Origin: Candidatus Marinacidobacterales bacterium
Lineage (GTDB): Bacteria > Acidobacteriota > Vicinamibacteria > Marinacidobacterales > SMYC01
DNA: 64,000 nt
Direction: 5' to 3'
Assembly (NCBI GenBank): GCA_965224085.1
Contig: CBDCYI010000011.1
Location: 608,001 to 672,000 of the forward strand
The translations under genes were made by a program, and so were the position numbers. Every line of letters begins with the position of its first letter. Position 1 is the stretch's first letter. Of this stretch, positions 1 through 10,349 are shown one piece after another. The notes under the pieces were generated by a model. It made no database searches. It was not told the origin of the DNA and worked only from the letters and a program-made list of their open reading frames with translations.

Positions 1-1716
1 CGGACTGATCTCGGTCCAGTGCTCGCCCCGGTCGACCGACTTGAGGAGCACCTCGCCCCCCGTATAAATGGTGCTTCCGTTGTGCGGGGACATATGCAAG
101 GGAGTCCCCCAGATGAACCGGTAGGGAGCGTCTCCCCCCGGCCTGGAGGGCCTGACGCTGACCCGGTACCCGAGCTTTTGATCTGTTCGGAAAATTCCTC
201 CCCATTCGCTTGTTGTGTATGCCCATCGGCTGTCTTTCGGATCGACGCGGGTGAACATGCCGTCGCCGCTGCTGATCGCCACCCAGTCCAGGATGCTGAT
301 GTTTCCCCTGGGGCCAATCGAGGGCGCTTTCCAATCCTCGTGGTCCTGTAGGGAGACGTAGATATTGTAGGGGTCCTCCATATCCACACTGACGCCATAG
401 GCCTCGCCGACCGGGAGATGGGAAATATGGTCGCTGCTCTTCCCTCCGTCATGTGTAAGATAAAAGCCTGCGTCGTCTCCGATGATCATTCTGTCGGAAT
501 TCTGAGGGTCGATCCACAATGTTCGGACATCGCCGAATATCCCGGGGAAAAGATCCGACCTACGCGAATTTCCGCCTCGCCAGGTCTTTCCTCCGTCGGC
601 CGATTGCCACAGCTCGTTGCTCACGGCGAAGACGTTCTGGTCGTTGTTGGGATCGACTCTGACCTGCGCAAACCCGTCGCAATCTTCGTCTCCGGAGCCG
701 ATATAGCCACTGCCTTTGGGAGACAGGTCGACATCCGGGGGATTCATCTTGGTCCAATTCCGGCCCCCGTCCTCGGTGCGATAGAGCTCTCCGCCGATCA
801 ACCCCGCTCGCTGTCCGCCTCTACATCCCCGCGCCGTTCCTGCTTTCGTCCCCGGGTTGCCGTTATTCACAAGAGCGTACAAGATCTCGGGATTCTTGGG
901 ATAGATATCGAGGCCGATCTTGCCGACCCGTCCCTCGGGCAATCCACCCGAGAGCCTCCTCCATGACCCACCACCGTCCACGGTTTTATGAATGCCGCTT
1001 TCAGGACCCGCGTTGACAAAGTTCCAAGGCGTCCTCCGCATATCGTATGTTGCGGCGTAGAGGATATTTGGGTTCTGAGGATTTATGACCAGATCGATCA
1101 CTCCGAGCCTGTTACTAACGAACATGACTCTTTCCCAGCTCCGGCCTCCATCTGTGGTCTTGAATACCCCTCTCGCTTCGTTCGCGGAATAGAGATGGCC
1201 CATGGCCGCCACATAGACGATGTCGGGATTCGTGGGGTGGATCACGACTCGCGAAACATGATGGGTATCTCGGAGGCCCGTGTTCGTCCACGTCTCACCT
1301 GCGTCTTCGGACTTGTAAACGCCGTCTCCGGGGAACGAACTGCGGGAGCCGCGTGTGTCTCCTGTCCCAACCCAGACGATATCAGGATTCGAAGGAGCCA
1401 CGGCGATGGCGCCGATCGTCGCTTTGTTCTGGCCGTCGAACACCGGCTTGAACGTTGTCCCGTTATTGGTTGTCTTGAAGACGCCGCCAGTCCAGGTAGC
1501 TACGTAGAATGTGTGGAGATGGTCAATGGCCGGAGAAGCCGGAGCAGCGATAGTGGAAGCTCTCGCTGACATTCTGAACGGCCCAACATTCCTGAATATG
1601 AAGGCCTGGAGCAGGTCCCTGTTGAAGAGATCTTGATCTTGGGCCTCCGCTCCGGCAGCCGAGACCAGAGCTAGTAAGACAACCAGGGAGGCTAGCAACA
1701 CTCGTTCAAGTTTCAT
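1..1716 (-). CDS. VPS10/BNR-repeat (sortilin-like) secreted beta-propeller protein, runs off the window start
   Basis: Manual translation from ATG 1716: signal peptide MKLERVLLASLVV..., then FRNVGP, GGVFKTTNNGTTF, GDGVYKSEDAGETW and further Asp-box (SxDGGxTW) repeats; open to position 1; not in the ORF track. Confidence 0.85.
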   Translation of the reverse strand, partial: MKLERVLLASLVVLLALVSAAGAEAQDQDLFNRDLLQAFIFRNVGPFRMSARASTIAAPASPAIDHLHTFYVATWTGGVFKTTNNGTTFKPVFDGQNKATIGAIAVAPSNPDIVWVGTGDTRGSRSSFPGDGVYKSEDAGETWTNTGLRDTHHVSRVVIHPTNPDIVYVAAMGHLYSANEARGVFKTTDGGRSWERVMFVSNRLGVIDLVINPQNPNILYAATYDMRRTPWNFVNAGPESGIHKTVDGGGSWRRLSGGLPEGRVGKIGLDIYPKNPEILYALVNNGNPGTKAGTARGCRGGQRAGLIGGELYRTEDGGRNWTKMNPPDVDLSPKGSGYIGSGDEDCDGFAQVRVDPNNDQNVFAVSNELWQSADGGKTWRGGNSRRSDLFPGIFGDVRTLWIDPQNSDRMIIGDDAGFYLTHDGGKSSDHISHLPVGEAYGVSVDMEDPYNIYVSLQDHEDWKAPSIGPRGNISILDWVAISSGDGMFTRVDPKDSRWAYTTSEWGGIFRTDQKLGYRVSVRPSRPGGDAPYRFIWGTPLHMSPHNGSTIYTGGEVLLKSVDRGEHWTEISP

Positions 1717-1876
1717 GTGTCGTTCTTATCACGGGACAGGCACGCTCGTAGCTACGACACCCCAGCGCTTGGTCGACTTCTTCCTCGAGCACAACCTCGA
1801 TCGCCTCCAGTACCCGCTTACGCAGCCGAAGTTGGACGAACTCCCGTTTCAAACCGATTTTCATTTTAGCTTTCAT
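1706..1876 (-). pseudogene. IS256-family transposase N-terminal remnant
   Basis: RBS AAGGAGG then MKAKM...RKRVLEAIEVVLEEEVDQALGCRSYER, typical of an IS256 N-terminus; cut off at a CCTGTCCC-type element end near 1740. Confidence 0.55.
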
Positions 1877-2129
1877 AAGTCCTCCTTTTTGTCGCGATTT
1901 GGAAGAGGCGCTAATTTTAGATTTTGTGGAAACGAAACGTTCCTCGTATCTGGATATATGACCGACGAGTAACGCAGACAGACGGGATGCATCGGCGTTC
2001 GAATGCCACCGTAGTTATGAAACAGGGTGCTTAGCGAGCCAGAGAAGGCGGGAACCCCCGGCCCGAGCCCCTTCACTGTGATAAGCTCCGCTCGCGTGAC
2101 CGACCGCTTCAATCCAAAGGAGAGGAGAA

Positions 2130-4493
2130 ATGAGTTTCGCAACGACTCTCTTGCTTCTAGGCCTCCTCGGAGTGGGGATCTCCGAGGCTCAGACTAGCGC
2201 TCGACGCGCCCAAAGCGATCACCTGCTCACATTGGAAGGCATCGCTCGCGACCCCGCCGAGTGGATCGGCTCGTCGCCCGCCGAGGTGGCGTGGTCCGAG
2301 GATGGGCAGTCGATTTATTTCATGTGGAACCCCGAAGCCAAGGAGGAGGCGGAGCTGTTTGTGATTTCTCGCGACGGTGGGAGGCCGATCAGGGTCGAGC
2401 AACGCTGGCTCGTCCCGACCCGCGAAGGGGAGACAGACAAGGACAGCACCCTCAAAGTCTACGAAGCCCACGGCGATATCTTCCTGTTCACCATCGCCAG
2501 TGGCGCGGTTCGACGGCTGACGCAGACCGAGGCCGAAGAGCGCAACCCACGCTTCACTTTCGATCAGAAGGCGATCACCTTCGAACAGGACCAGAATTTG
2601 TTCCGCATCGCCGTCGAGAGTGGCAATCTCAGCCAAATTACCAACTTCAAGACCGGCAAAGACCCCGAGGCGAAGCCGAAACACACCCAGCTCCAGGAGT
2701 ACCTCGAAGTGCAGCAGCAGGAGCTCTTCGAGTACCTGCGCAAAGAAGATCGCCTCGAAAAGGAGCGAAAAGAACGGGAGAAGGTCGAGCGGGGCAACAG
2801 CCTCGACCCCGTCTACCTCGAACAAGGCCAGCGGGTATCGGATCTTGCTTTGTCACCGGACGGGCGGTTCGTCACGTTCATTCTCAGCGATCGGTCGAAG
2901 GCCGAGGACGGCCGGGTGGTCGACATGCCCAAGTACGTGACTAAGAGCGGCTTCGTGGAAACCGAGAACCTCCGCAGCGGGTTCGGCATCGGGAGAGTCA
3001 AAGCCGGCGAGCCGGTGGTGAGCTATCGTCTCGGAGCCCTGAGCCTCGCCAATAACCAGATCGCCTGGGTGGACCACGGGCAGGGAGATCGCGCCATCAA
3101 TTTCAATGCGCCGACCTGGTCCGAAGATGGAACCAAAGCTGTTGCCTGGGCGGGGTCGGTCGACCACAAGGACGCTTGGCTGCTGCTTCTCGACCTGGCA
3201 GCGGGAACGGCGCGGCCCATCGTACACGAGCACGACGACGCCTGGGTCCGTGGGTTTCGGGCCGGCCGTGGTGGGCGTGACGGTCTCACCTACGGCTTCC
3301 TGCCCGACAACGAGGGCGTCTATTTCTTCTCCGAGCGCGACGGTTTCTATCACCTGTATGTGACCGACGTGCAGGGCGGCGAGCCGAAACAGCTCACGCG
3401 CGGGAATTTCGAGCTCGCGGACCTTCGCTTGTCCAAGGACAAAGACACGTGGTACTTCACGTCGACGGAAGTCCACCCTGGAGAGCACCGGCTCTATTCG
3501 ATGCCATTGGCCGGCGGTCCGCCGACGGGCCTCACATCAAGGCCGGGATGGTACACGTACGAGCTCTCTCCCGACGAGCAGATGGTCGCTTTGACCTACA
3601 GCTCGCCGACGGAACCGGCGGAGCTCTTCGTCATGCCCAATCGGCCCGGCGCGGAGGAGAAGCGGCTGACGGTCTCAACGACCGAGGAATTTGGAAGCTA
3701 CCCGTGGCGATCGAGCGACATCGTCACTTTCGACGATGGCGAGGGGCATACGATTCATGCCGACGTCTGGCAGCCCGAGCAGCCACATCCGTCGCGACCG
3801 GCTATCATTCGCGTGCATGGAGGCGGGTGGTCACAGGGCGTCTATCGTCGCTGGTCGAACGGCGTCCCGTTCTATCACTACCTGGTTCAAGAAGGCTTCA
3901 CCGTCCTCAACATCGATTACCGTGGCAGCCGCGGCTACGGCCGCGATTTCCGGACCGGAATATACCGGCACATGGGGGAGACCGAGATCAAGAGCGTGCT
4001 CGCTGCCGTCGAGGTCTTGGTCGAGCAGTATGACGTCGACCGTCGTCGGATCGGCATTTTTGGTGGAAGCTACGGGGGTTTCCTGACGCTCATGGCGCTG
4101 TTCAAGCATCCGGGAGTATTCGCGGCGGGGGCGGTACGGGCACCCGTGACCGACTGGGCTCATTACAGCCACGGCTATACGACACGAATTCTCAACAACC
4201 CCTACGACGACACGGAGGCCTACGAGCGCAGCTCACCGATCTTTTTCGCGGAAGGCTTTCAGGATCACCTCCTCATTCAACATGGCGTGGAAGACAACAA
4301 CGTGCACTTCCAGGACTCGGTGCGATTGGCGCAAAGACTCCTCGAGCTCAAGAAGGACAACTGGGAGATTATGCTGTATCCCATCGAAGCTCACAGCTTG
4401 CGGGGAGAGGAGTACAATCGCCTCGACGTCATGCGCCGGCGGGTCAAGTTGTTCAACCGGGTTTTGAAGGGCCCGAGGCCGGGTGAAAGCTAG
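2130..4493 (+). CDS. S9 family peptidase (DPP IV/prolyl oligopeptidase-like)
   Basis: Signal peptide, beta-propeller N-terminus, HGGG, DYRGSRGYG, nucleophile GGSYGG, HGVEDNNVH, C-terminal His. Confidence 0.92.
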   Translation: MSFATTLLLLGLLGVGISEAQTSARRAQSDHLLTLEGIARDPAEWIGSSPAEVAWSEDGQSIYFMWNPEAKEEAELFVISRDGGRPIRVEQRWLVPTREGETDKDSTLKVYEAHGDIFLFTIASGAVRRLTQTEAEERNPRFTFDQKAITFEQDQNLFRIAVESGNLSQITNFKTGKDPEAKPKHTQLQEYLEVQQQELFEYLRKEDRLEKERKEREKVERGNSLDPVYLEQGQRVSDLALSPDGRFVTFILSDRSKAEDGRVVDMPKYVTKSGFVETENLRSGFGIGRVKAGEPVVSYRLGALSLANNQIAWVDHGQGDRAINFNAPTWSEDGTKAVAWAGSVDHKDAWLLLLDLAAGTARPIVHEHDDAWVRGFRAGRGGRDGLTYGFLPDNEGVYFFSERDGFYHLYVTDVQGGEPKQLTRGNFELADLRLSKDKDTWYFTSTEVHPGEHRLYSMPLAGGPPTGLTSRPGWYTYELSPDEQMVALTYSSPTEPAELFVMPNRPGAEEKRLTVSTTEEFGSYPWRSSDIVTFDDGEGHTIHADVWQPEQPHPSRPAIIRVHGGGWSQGVYRRWSNGVPFYHYLVQEGFTVLNIDYRGSRGYGRDFRTGIYRHMGETEIKSVLAAVEVLVEQYDVDRRRIGIFGGSYGGFLTLMALFKHPGVFAAGAVRAPVTDWAHYSHGYTTRILNNPYDDTEAYERSSPIFFAEGFQDHLLIQHGVEDNNVHFQDSVRLAQRLLELKKDNWEIMLYPIEAHSLRGEEYNRLDVMRRRVKLFNRVLKGPRPGES

Positions 4494-4523
4494 GATAGGA
4501 ACAGTCTGGAGCCGCCCTCCTGG

Positions 4524-4770
4524 CGCTTACTGAGCTTCAAAAACGCTCTCCTCGAGTCTCTATCGGTACGGCTCGGACTTGAATCTACGGATACCCGACC
4601 ACACCACGTTGTCGCGTCGAGCGAAGTGCCTCAGTGTACAGGTCGTCCATCGTCGCTCCGGTGAACCTCTTCATATGTTGGTGGATAGCACCGGTTTGAA
4701 CGTGTACGTTGACAGCGAGTGGAGAAAGTACAGTAGCCGCCGGCTGTGGCGAAAACTTGATTTGGTGGTC
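4524..4770 (+). pseudogene. IS5-family (IS903-like) transposase fragment
   Basis: Motifs IPDHTTLSRR, LVDSTGL, RRLWRKL; no start or end of gene. Confidence 0.7.
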
Positions 4771-6507
4771 TTATCGCTTTTTCATGTAGTCGGCGACTAC
4801 ACCAATAAACTCCGCGTAGGTCATTTGTCGTTCGGGCTCGACGGGACTGTGGCCTATCCAGGAGTGATGTCCTCGCCAGCCGTACTGAAATGTGGCCATA
4901 GCAGGGGGGGCCGTGGTTGAATCGAGAAACTCTTGGATCATGTGAACTCCCTCGTTGAGATAGGAGTTGTCCGTGATCCCTACCGCGAAATGAAGCTTCC
5001 CTTGAAGATCGGGTCCTAGAGTGGACCAGTTGTCTTTGAGCTTTTTAGCAATGTCGAAATGGTCGCCCCAGTGCTGCGCAACTGTGCGATCGATCGCTCC
5101 CGTCTCGGGATCCCATAGCGGAGCGGGGTAGCCGTTGTCACCCACTGGGCTGTAGAGTGCTTCCCAAGCGGCCAGTTGCCCACCCGATCTTCCTTTGTCC
5201 CCGATGGTTTGGTCGTAGTGGAAGGCGTTACGGATGGTGAATCGCACCAAACCGTCGATATCCCGCCTGCGAGGACGCTCCGTTCGAAGCCAGGCGTACT
5301 CCCGGTAGAAGGCGTTAGTGTCTTCGTAGATGTTCATCTGTGTGTATTTTCGAAAATCGATCGGATCCGGCGCCCAGACCCAAGTGCCGCCGAAAAACTC
5401 TGGATACCACACCATCATGGCCAATGCCTCCCACCCACCGGTGGAGCGTCCCGCTAGGGCTCGCGCCCAAGGCTCGCGAATGATGCGGAAGTTCTCTTCG
5501 AGGTAGGGAATGAGCTCTTCTATGATGCCATCGCCGTAGGGTCCGAGATTGGCGGTGTTGACCGAGTAAGACGTATCGAAGTACGGATTCGAGTCTCGGA
5601 AGGTCACGACGATCATCTTGGGAAGAGCACCACTCGTCCAGGCTTCGTAGAAGCCATCGAGTTGGTTGTCGATTCCCGGATTGTCGATCGTGAAGCCTTC
5701 CTTGAACCAGGGGTCGGGCGCATAGGGAACCGGCGTAAAACCGGACGAGTGCCCTTGCATGTAGAGAACCGGGTAGTCAACGTCGGGATTTTCTTCGTAA
5801 TCCTTCGGGAGAAGCACGTTGGCGCCGATATACATATCGTGACCCCAAAACTCGGAGACCTTTTCGCTCTTGACCTTGACGTACTTCACCCACTCCGTGT
5901 CATCGTAGAGGCCTTGCTGTAACACCTCGCCCGACTTCAAGGGACGGGAAGGAAGAATGACCTCGGTCAGCTTTAGTTCCACCGTCTCGTTGCGACTTGG
6001 ATCCAAATGGAGTTTTTGCGGTTCGCTGTAAAGGTTTCCCGGCGAACGGAAAAGTTTCTGATGCGCTCCGCTGTTGAGATGCATCTCGACGACATGCCCG
6101 TCCGCGCGGTGGAAGGTGGTGTAAACGTTCAAAAACGCTTGAATGGTGTAGTCCTCCGGCGGAATATCTCGGATGTTTTCTAACAGATATCCTCGAATGG
6201 AAGGGTCGCCGTCGGAAAAGACGACGCGGTCGCCGCTCTCGAGCTCGCGCACATCCTTGCCCCATAGAGGCACACCCATGATGCCGGCTTGCTCGCGGGG
6301 CTCGGACTCCTCGTCTCGGGTGATAATGACGAAAACGCGCCCCGTCACGGGAACCTTCAGAGCGAGATCGGCAATCCTCGACGCAGCTCGCTCGGTGAAA
6401 TGCACCTCGAGCTTGAGAGGAAATTCCGTTTGTGAGCCTCTACATCCTACGGCAAGAATCAGAAGGGAAAGAGCGACACCGGGCAATCTCCGACTCTTCT
6501 TTGTCAT
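4771..6507 (-). CDS. Putative esterase, alpha/beta hydrolase-fold lipoprotein
   Basis: Lipobox-like LAVGC; YPVLY; NxGPYGD; nucleophile GRSTGG. Confidence 0.8.
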   Translation of the reverse strand: MTKKSRRLPGVALSLLILAVGCRGSQTEFPLKLEVHFTERAASRIADLALKVPVTGRVFVIITRDEESEPREQAGIMGVPLWGKDVRELESGDRVVFSDGDPSIRGYLLENIRDIPPEDYTIQAFLNVYTTFHRADGHVVEMHLNSGAHQKLFRSPGNLYSEPQKLHLDPSRNETVELKLTEVILPSRPLKSGEVLQQGLYDDTEWVKYVKVKSEKVSEFWGHDMYIGANVLLPKDYEENPDVDYPVLYMQGHSSGFTPVPYAPDPWFKEGFTIDNPGIDNQLDGFYEAWTSGALPKMIVVTFRDSNPYFDTSYSVNTANLGPYGDGIIEELIPYLEENFRIIREPWARALAGRSTGGWEALAMMVWYPEFFGGTWVWAPDPIDFRKYTQMNIYEDTNAFYREYAWLRTERPRRRDIDGLVRFTIRNAFHYDQTIGDKGRSGGQLAAWEALYSPVGDNGYPAPLWDPETGAIDRTVAQHWGDHFDIAKKLKDNWSTLGPDLQGKLHFAVGITDNSYLNEGVHMIQEFLDSTTAPPAMATFQYGWRGHHSWIGHSPVEPERQMTYAEFIGVVADYMKKR

Positions 6508-6600
6508 TGGATCGGCTCCCCTGTTTATTTCATGCGCGAAGGATTGTATTCTTCTTCGTCGTAGGGATCCAATCTCAGACCATTCAGGAGAGACTGAAAC

Positions 6601-6925
6601 ATGCTGACAAGCTATCTTTCGAACCTCATCACACGTCAGCTGCGCGCTTTGAGTCGTGAGATCCTATCGTTTCCCGACGATGATGCTGAATGGCGTACGC
6701 CGCCCGGCGTCACCAATTCTGCTGGCACCCTGGTATTGTCAAGTTGGCGGATCGGGCCCCAATATAATGGAGCTCGAGCGTACACCGTCAACGACATCTT
6801 GCGGTCGGATTCGCCTGGGAGCCCTCAACTTGACAATACGGTTCGACAGGATCGCCCTCGAGTGGTTCGACAATTATCTGAAGGGCGAGCAGGGGGGCTG
6901 GGCGGAGCGGATCGCCGGGAAATGA
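6601..6925 (+). pseudogene. DinB/DUF1572-like N-terminal fragment joined to a hydrolase C-terminal fragment
   Basis: WRTPPGVTNSAGTLVL resembles a DinB-like N-terminus; another frame gives ALEWFDNYLKG, a typical S9/CocE C-terminus. Confidence 0.45.
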
Positions 6926-7051
6926 ACCTGGCAAAACAACAATGGCTGGGAATCCGCTCGAACGATTGAGCGCCTTCGGAAAGTGAAGATGGTTTTCAAG
7001 GGAGGAATCCGCTATAAGTAGGCGCGCTAGATAACCACAGGGGGGTCGACG

Positions 7052-10000
7052 ATGTTGGCAACGCGTGGCGTTTTGTCGGTTACGGTCTCGGTGGCGCTGG
7101 CCGCCGCGGCGTTCGCGAAGGGATCGGCCCAAGGGATCGCGCCGGAGCAGTACCAGGAGCTTCCCTACCGGTTCATCGGGCCGGAGGGGAGCCGTGTCAC
7201 CTCGGTGGTCGGTGTGCCGGGCGACCCGAAGGTCTACTATGCGGGAGGGGCCTCCGGAGGGATCTTCAAGAGCACCGACGGTGGCACGCACTGGGAGCCG
7301 ATTTTCGACGATCAACCGGTCTCCTCCATCGGCTCACTGGCGGTGGCCGCCTCCGACCCCAACATCGTCTGGGCCGGGACGGGAGAGAGCTTCATCCGCA
7401 GCAACGTCTCCCTCGGCAACGGCATCTACAAGAGCACCGACGGTGGCGAGACCTGGCAGCACATGGGGCTCGAGGCCACTGGTCGGATCGGGCGTGTCAT
7501 CATCCACCCCACCGATCCCGACATCGTGTTTGCCGCCGCTCAAGGACACAGCTACGGCCCACAGCCTGAGCGCGGCGTGTTCAGGACCAAGGACGGCGGC
7601 GACAGCTGGGAGCGTGTGTTGTTCGTGGACGAAAACGCCGGGGCCTCGGACATCGCCATGGATCCCAACAACCCCAGAATCCTGTTCGCCGGCATCTGGC
7701 AGCTCGAGATCCACACCTGGGGCCGCACCAGCGGCGGTTCGAGCAGCGGCCTCTGGGTCTCCAGGGACGGCGGCGATACCTGGGTGGAGCTCACCCGTCC
7801 CGTGGAAGACGGTGGCGCTCCGGGCCTTCCCCACAAGCCCCTCGGCAAGATCGCCGTGGCGGTGGGGCCCTCCGACTCGAGCCGCATCTACGCCCTGATC
7901 GAGACCGGAGACGGGGTCCCCTGGGAGCACGGCGAGACCGACACCGGCGAGCTGTGGCGCTCCGACGACGGCGGCGACGCCTGGATGCTGGTGAGCTACA
8001 ACCGCAACCTCGCCGGCCGCACCGCCTACTACTCTCGGGTGGTGGTGAGCCCCGACGACGCCGACGAGGCCTACTTCGTGGCCGGCGCCTTCAGCAAGAC
8101 AAGCGACGGAGGCGAGACGGCGACCAGCATGACCTACGTCGGCGAGCGGCCCCTGGGCGACAACCACGACACCTGGATCGACCCCACCGACGGCGATCGG
8201 ATGATCGTCGGCAACGACGGCGGCCTCGCCATCACGGTGAACCGGGGTCGTACCTGGCGCCGCGTCCACCTCCCCAACGCCCAGATGTACCACGTGGCGG
8301 TGGACAACCGGATTCCCTACTACGTCTATGGCAACCGGCAGGACGGACCTTCCGTCCGGGGCCCGAGCAACAGCCGGCTGCAACCCGCCCCCGGGATGGC
8401 GTTCCACGGCATCCCCAAGTCGATGTGGCACTCGGTGGGTGGAGGCGAGAGCGGATTCGCGGTGCCCGACCCGGTGGACCCCGACATCACCTGGGCCACC
8501 GCCAGCGGCTCTGGCGCCGTCGGTGGGATCGTGGAGCGCTTCAGCGAGCGAACCCGCCAGTTTCGCAGGGTGGAGGTCTGGCCGGAGGCTACCCGAGGCC
8601 GGCCGGCAGCGGAGCTCGTGTACCGCTTCAACTGGACCTTCCCCATCGTGATCTCACCACACGACCACAATACGGTCTACGTCAGCAGCCAACACGTTCA
8701 CCGGACCACCGACGGGGGAAACAGCTGGCAAGTGATCAGCCCGGACCTCAGCACCAACGACAAGAGCAAGCAGCAGATCTCCGGGGGCCTCACCCCTGAC
8801 AACATCGGGGTGGAGTACTGCTGCGTGGTTTTCGCCATCGACGAGTCGCCGCTTCAGGAAGGAGTCCTCTGGGCTGGCAGCAACGACGGCCTGGTGCAAG
8901 TCACCCGAGACGGGGGCCAGAGCTGGACGAACGTCACCGAGAACATCCCGGGCCTGCCGCCATGGGGCACCGTGAGCAACATCGATGCCTCGCGGTATGA
9001 GGCTGGCAAGGCCTACATCACGGTGGACTTCCACCAGGTGAACGACCGCCGCCCATATGTTTACAAAACCGACGACTACGGTCGGACCTGGACGAAGATC
9101 GTCTCCGGCATCCCCGAGAGCCCACTCAGCTACGCCCACTGCGTGCGCGAGGACCCGGTGCGGCCGGGGCTACTGTACGTGGGCACCGAGAACGCTTTGT
9201 ACGTCTCCTTCGACGACGGGGCGAGCTGGCAGTCGCTACAGAACAACCTGCCGCATGCGCCGGTGCATTGGATCGAGGTCCAGGAGCACTTCAACGACCT
9301 GGTGGTGAGCACCTACGGCCGCGGTTTCTGGATCCTGGACGACATCACGCCGCTTCAGCAGCTCAACGACCCGGTGCGGGGCGCGGCCGCGCACCTGTTC
9401 GAGCCCCGGGCTGCCTACCGCCTACGACCGATCACCCGCCCCACAAGCGCCTCCTATTTCGCCGCCTACGACCCCACGGCAGGGGAGAACCCGCCCAACG
9501 GGGCGTCGATCAACTACTGGCTGGGCGCCGAGCCCGATGGCGAGGTGACGGTGGAGATCCTCAGCCATACCGGTGAGGTGATCCGCACCCTCGAGGGAAC
9601 CCGCAACGTGGGTATCAACCGGATCTGGTGGGACCTTCAGAACGAGCCCTCCAGCGAGATCCGCCTGCGCACCAAACCCCTCTACGCCCCCGAGGTGAGG
9701 CTCGGCCCCGACCGCTGGCGGCCCTTTCCCGGGGGCGGGCGCATCTCGGTGCTGATGCCGCCCGGCACCTACACAGTGCGGCTGACAGCGGCCGGGCGTA
9801 AGCTCACCCGGCAGCTCGAGGTCCGCAAGGATCCCATTACCGAGGGAACCGAGGCCGACATCGCCGCCCAAACCGACCTGCTGTTCGAGATCCGTGACGA
9901 CCTCGACGTGGTCGCGGGCATGATCAACGAGATCGAGTGGATCCGCCGCCAGCTCTACGATCTGACGGACGTCCTTAAGGGCGACGACAGGGCCGCCGAC

Positions 10001-10318
10001 ATCCGGGCCGCCGCTACCGACCTCGACAAGGATCTCATGGAAGTGGAGCAGCAGCTCTTCCAGATGAAGCTCACGGGCCGGGGAGACGGCATCCGATGGC
10101 CGGCCCAACTGGCGGCGAAGCTCACCTACCTGGCCGGCAGCGTCGCCCAGGCCGACTTTCCCCCTACCACCCAGGCTCTGGCGGTGCACGATCAGCTCGG
10201 GGAGCAGACCGGCACGCTCCGCTCGGAGCTGGACGAAGCGCTGCGGGACAACATCGCCGCCTTCAACCGAATGCTGCGGGAGCGGGACCTCGGCAAGATT
10301 ATCGCCGACGTGCGCTGA
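7052..10318 (+). CDS. VPS10/BNR-repeat secreted protein (glycosyl hydrolase-like), 1088 aa
   Basis: YRFIGP, GGIFKSTDGGTHW, many SxDGGxTW Asp-boxes, YRFNW, THGR-like TYGRG. Confidence 0.9.
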   Translation: MLATRGVLSVTVSVALAAAAFAKGSAQGIAPEQYQELPYRFIGPEGSRVTSVVGVPGDPKVYYAGGASGGIFKSTDGGTHWEPIFDDQPVSSIGSLAVAASDPNIVWAGTGESFIRSNVSLGNGIYKSTDGGETWQHMGLEATGRIGRVIIHPTDPDIVFAAAQGHSYGPQPERGVFRTKDGGDSWERVLFVDENAGASDIAMDPNNPRILFAGIWQLEIHTWGRTSGGSSSGLWVSRDGGDTWVELTRPVEDGGAPGLPHKPLGKIAVAVGPSDSSRIYALIETGDGVPWEHGETDTGELWRSDDGGDAWMLVSYNRNLAGRTAYYSRVVVSPDDADEAYFVAGAFSKTSDGGETATSMTYVGERPLGDNHDTWIDPTDGDRMIVGNDGGLAITVNRGRTWRRVHLPNAQMYHVAVDNRIPYYVYGNRQDGPSVRGPSNSRLQPAPGMAFHGIPKSMWHSVGGGESGFAVPDPVDPDITWATASGSGAVGGIVERFSERTRQFRRVEVWPEATRGRPAAELVYRFNWTFPIVISPHDHNTVYVSSQHVHRTTDGGNSWQVISPDLSTNDKSKQQISGGLTPDNIGVEYCCVVFAIDESPLQEGVLWAGSNDGLVQVTRDGGQSWTNVTENIPGLPPWGTVSNIDASRYEAGKAYITVDFHQVNDRRPYVYKTDDYGRTWTKIVSGIPESPLSYAHCVREDPVRPGLLYVGTENALYVSFDDGASWQSLQNNLPHAPVHWIEVQEHFNDLVVSTYGRGFWILDDITPLQQLNDPVRGAAAHLFEPRAAYRLRPITRPTSASYFAAYDPTAGENPPNGASINYWLGAEPDGEVTVEILSHTGEVIRTLEGTRNVGINRIWWDLQNEPSSEIRLRTKPLYAPEVRLGPDRWRPFPGGGRISVLMPPGTYTVRLTAAGRKLTRQLEVRKDPITEGTEADIAAQTDLLFEIRDDLDVVAGMINEIEWIRRQLYDLTDVLKGDDRAADIRAAATDLDKDLMEVEQQLFQMKLTGRGDGIRWPAQLAAKLTYLAGSVAQADFPPTTQALAVHDQLGEQTGTLRSELDEALRDNIAAFNRMLRERDLGKIIADVR

Positions 10319-10349
10319 GGGCCTGAATCTGTTGTGAAAGGAGAACGAA

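Noticed and set aside
19-1569. Plus-strand ORFs 19-351, 418-966 and 988-1569
   Set aside because: They are antisense shadows of the minus-strand VPS10 gene
2020-2100. Possible cobalamin/SAM riboswitch (GGGAA..GCCCC..ACTGTGA)
   Set aside because: Only scattered motif matches; core stems are not evident and the downstream gene is unrelated
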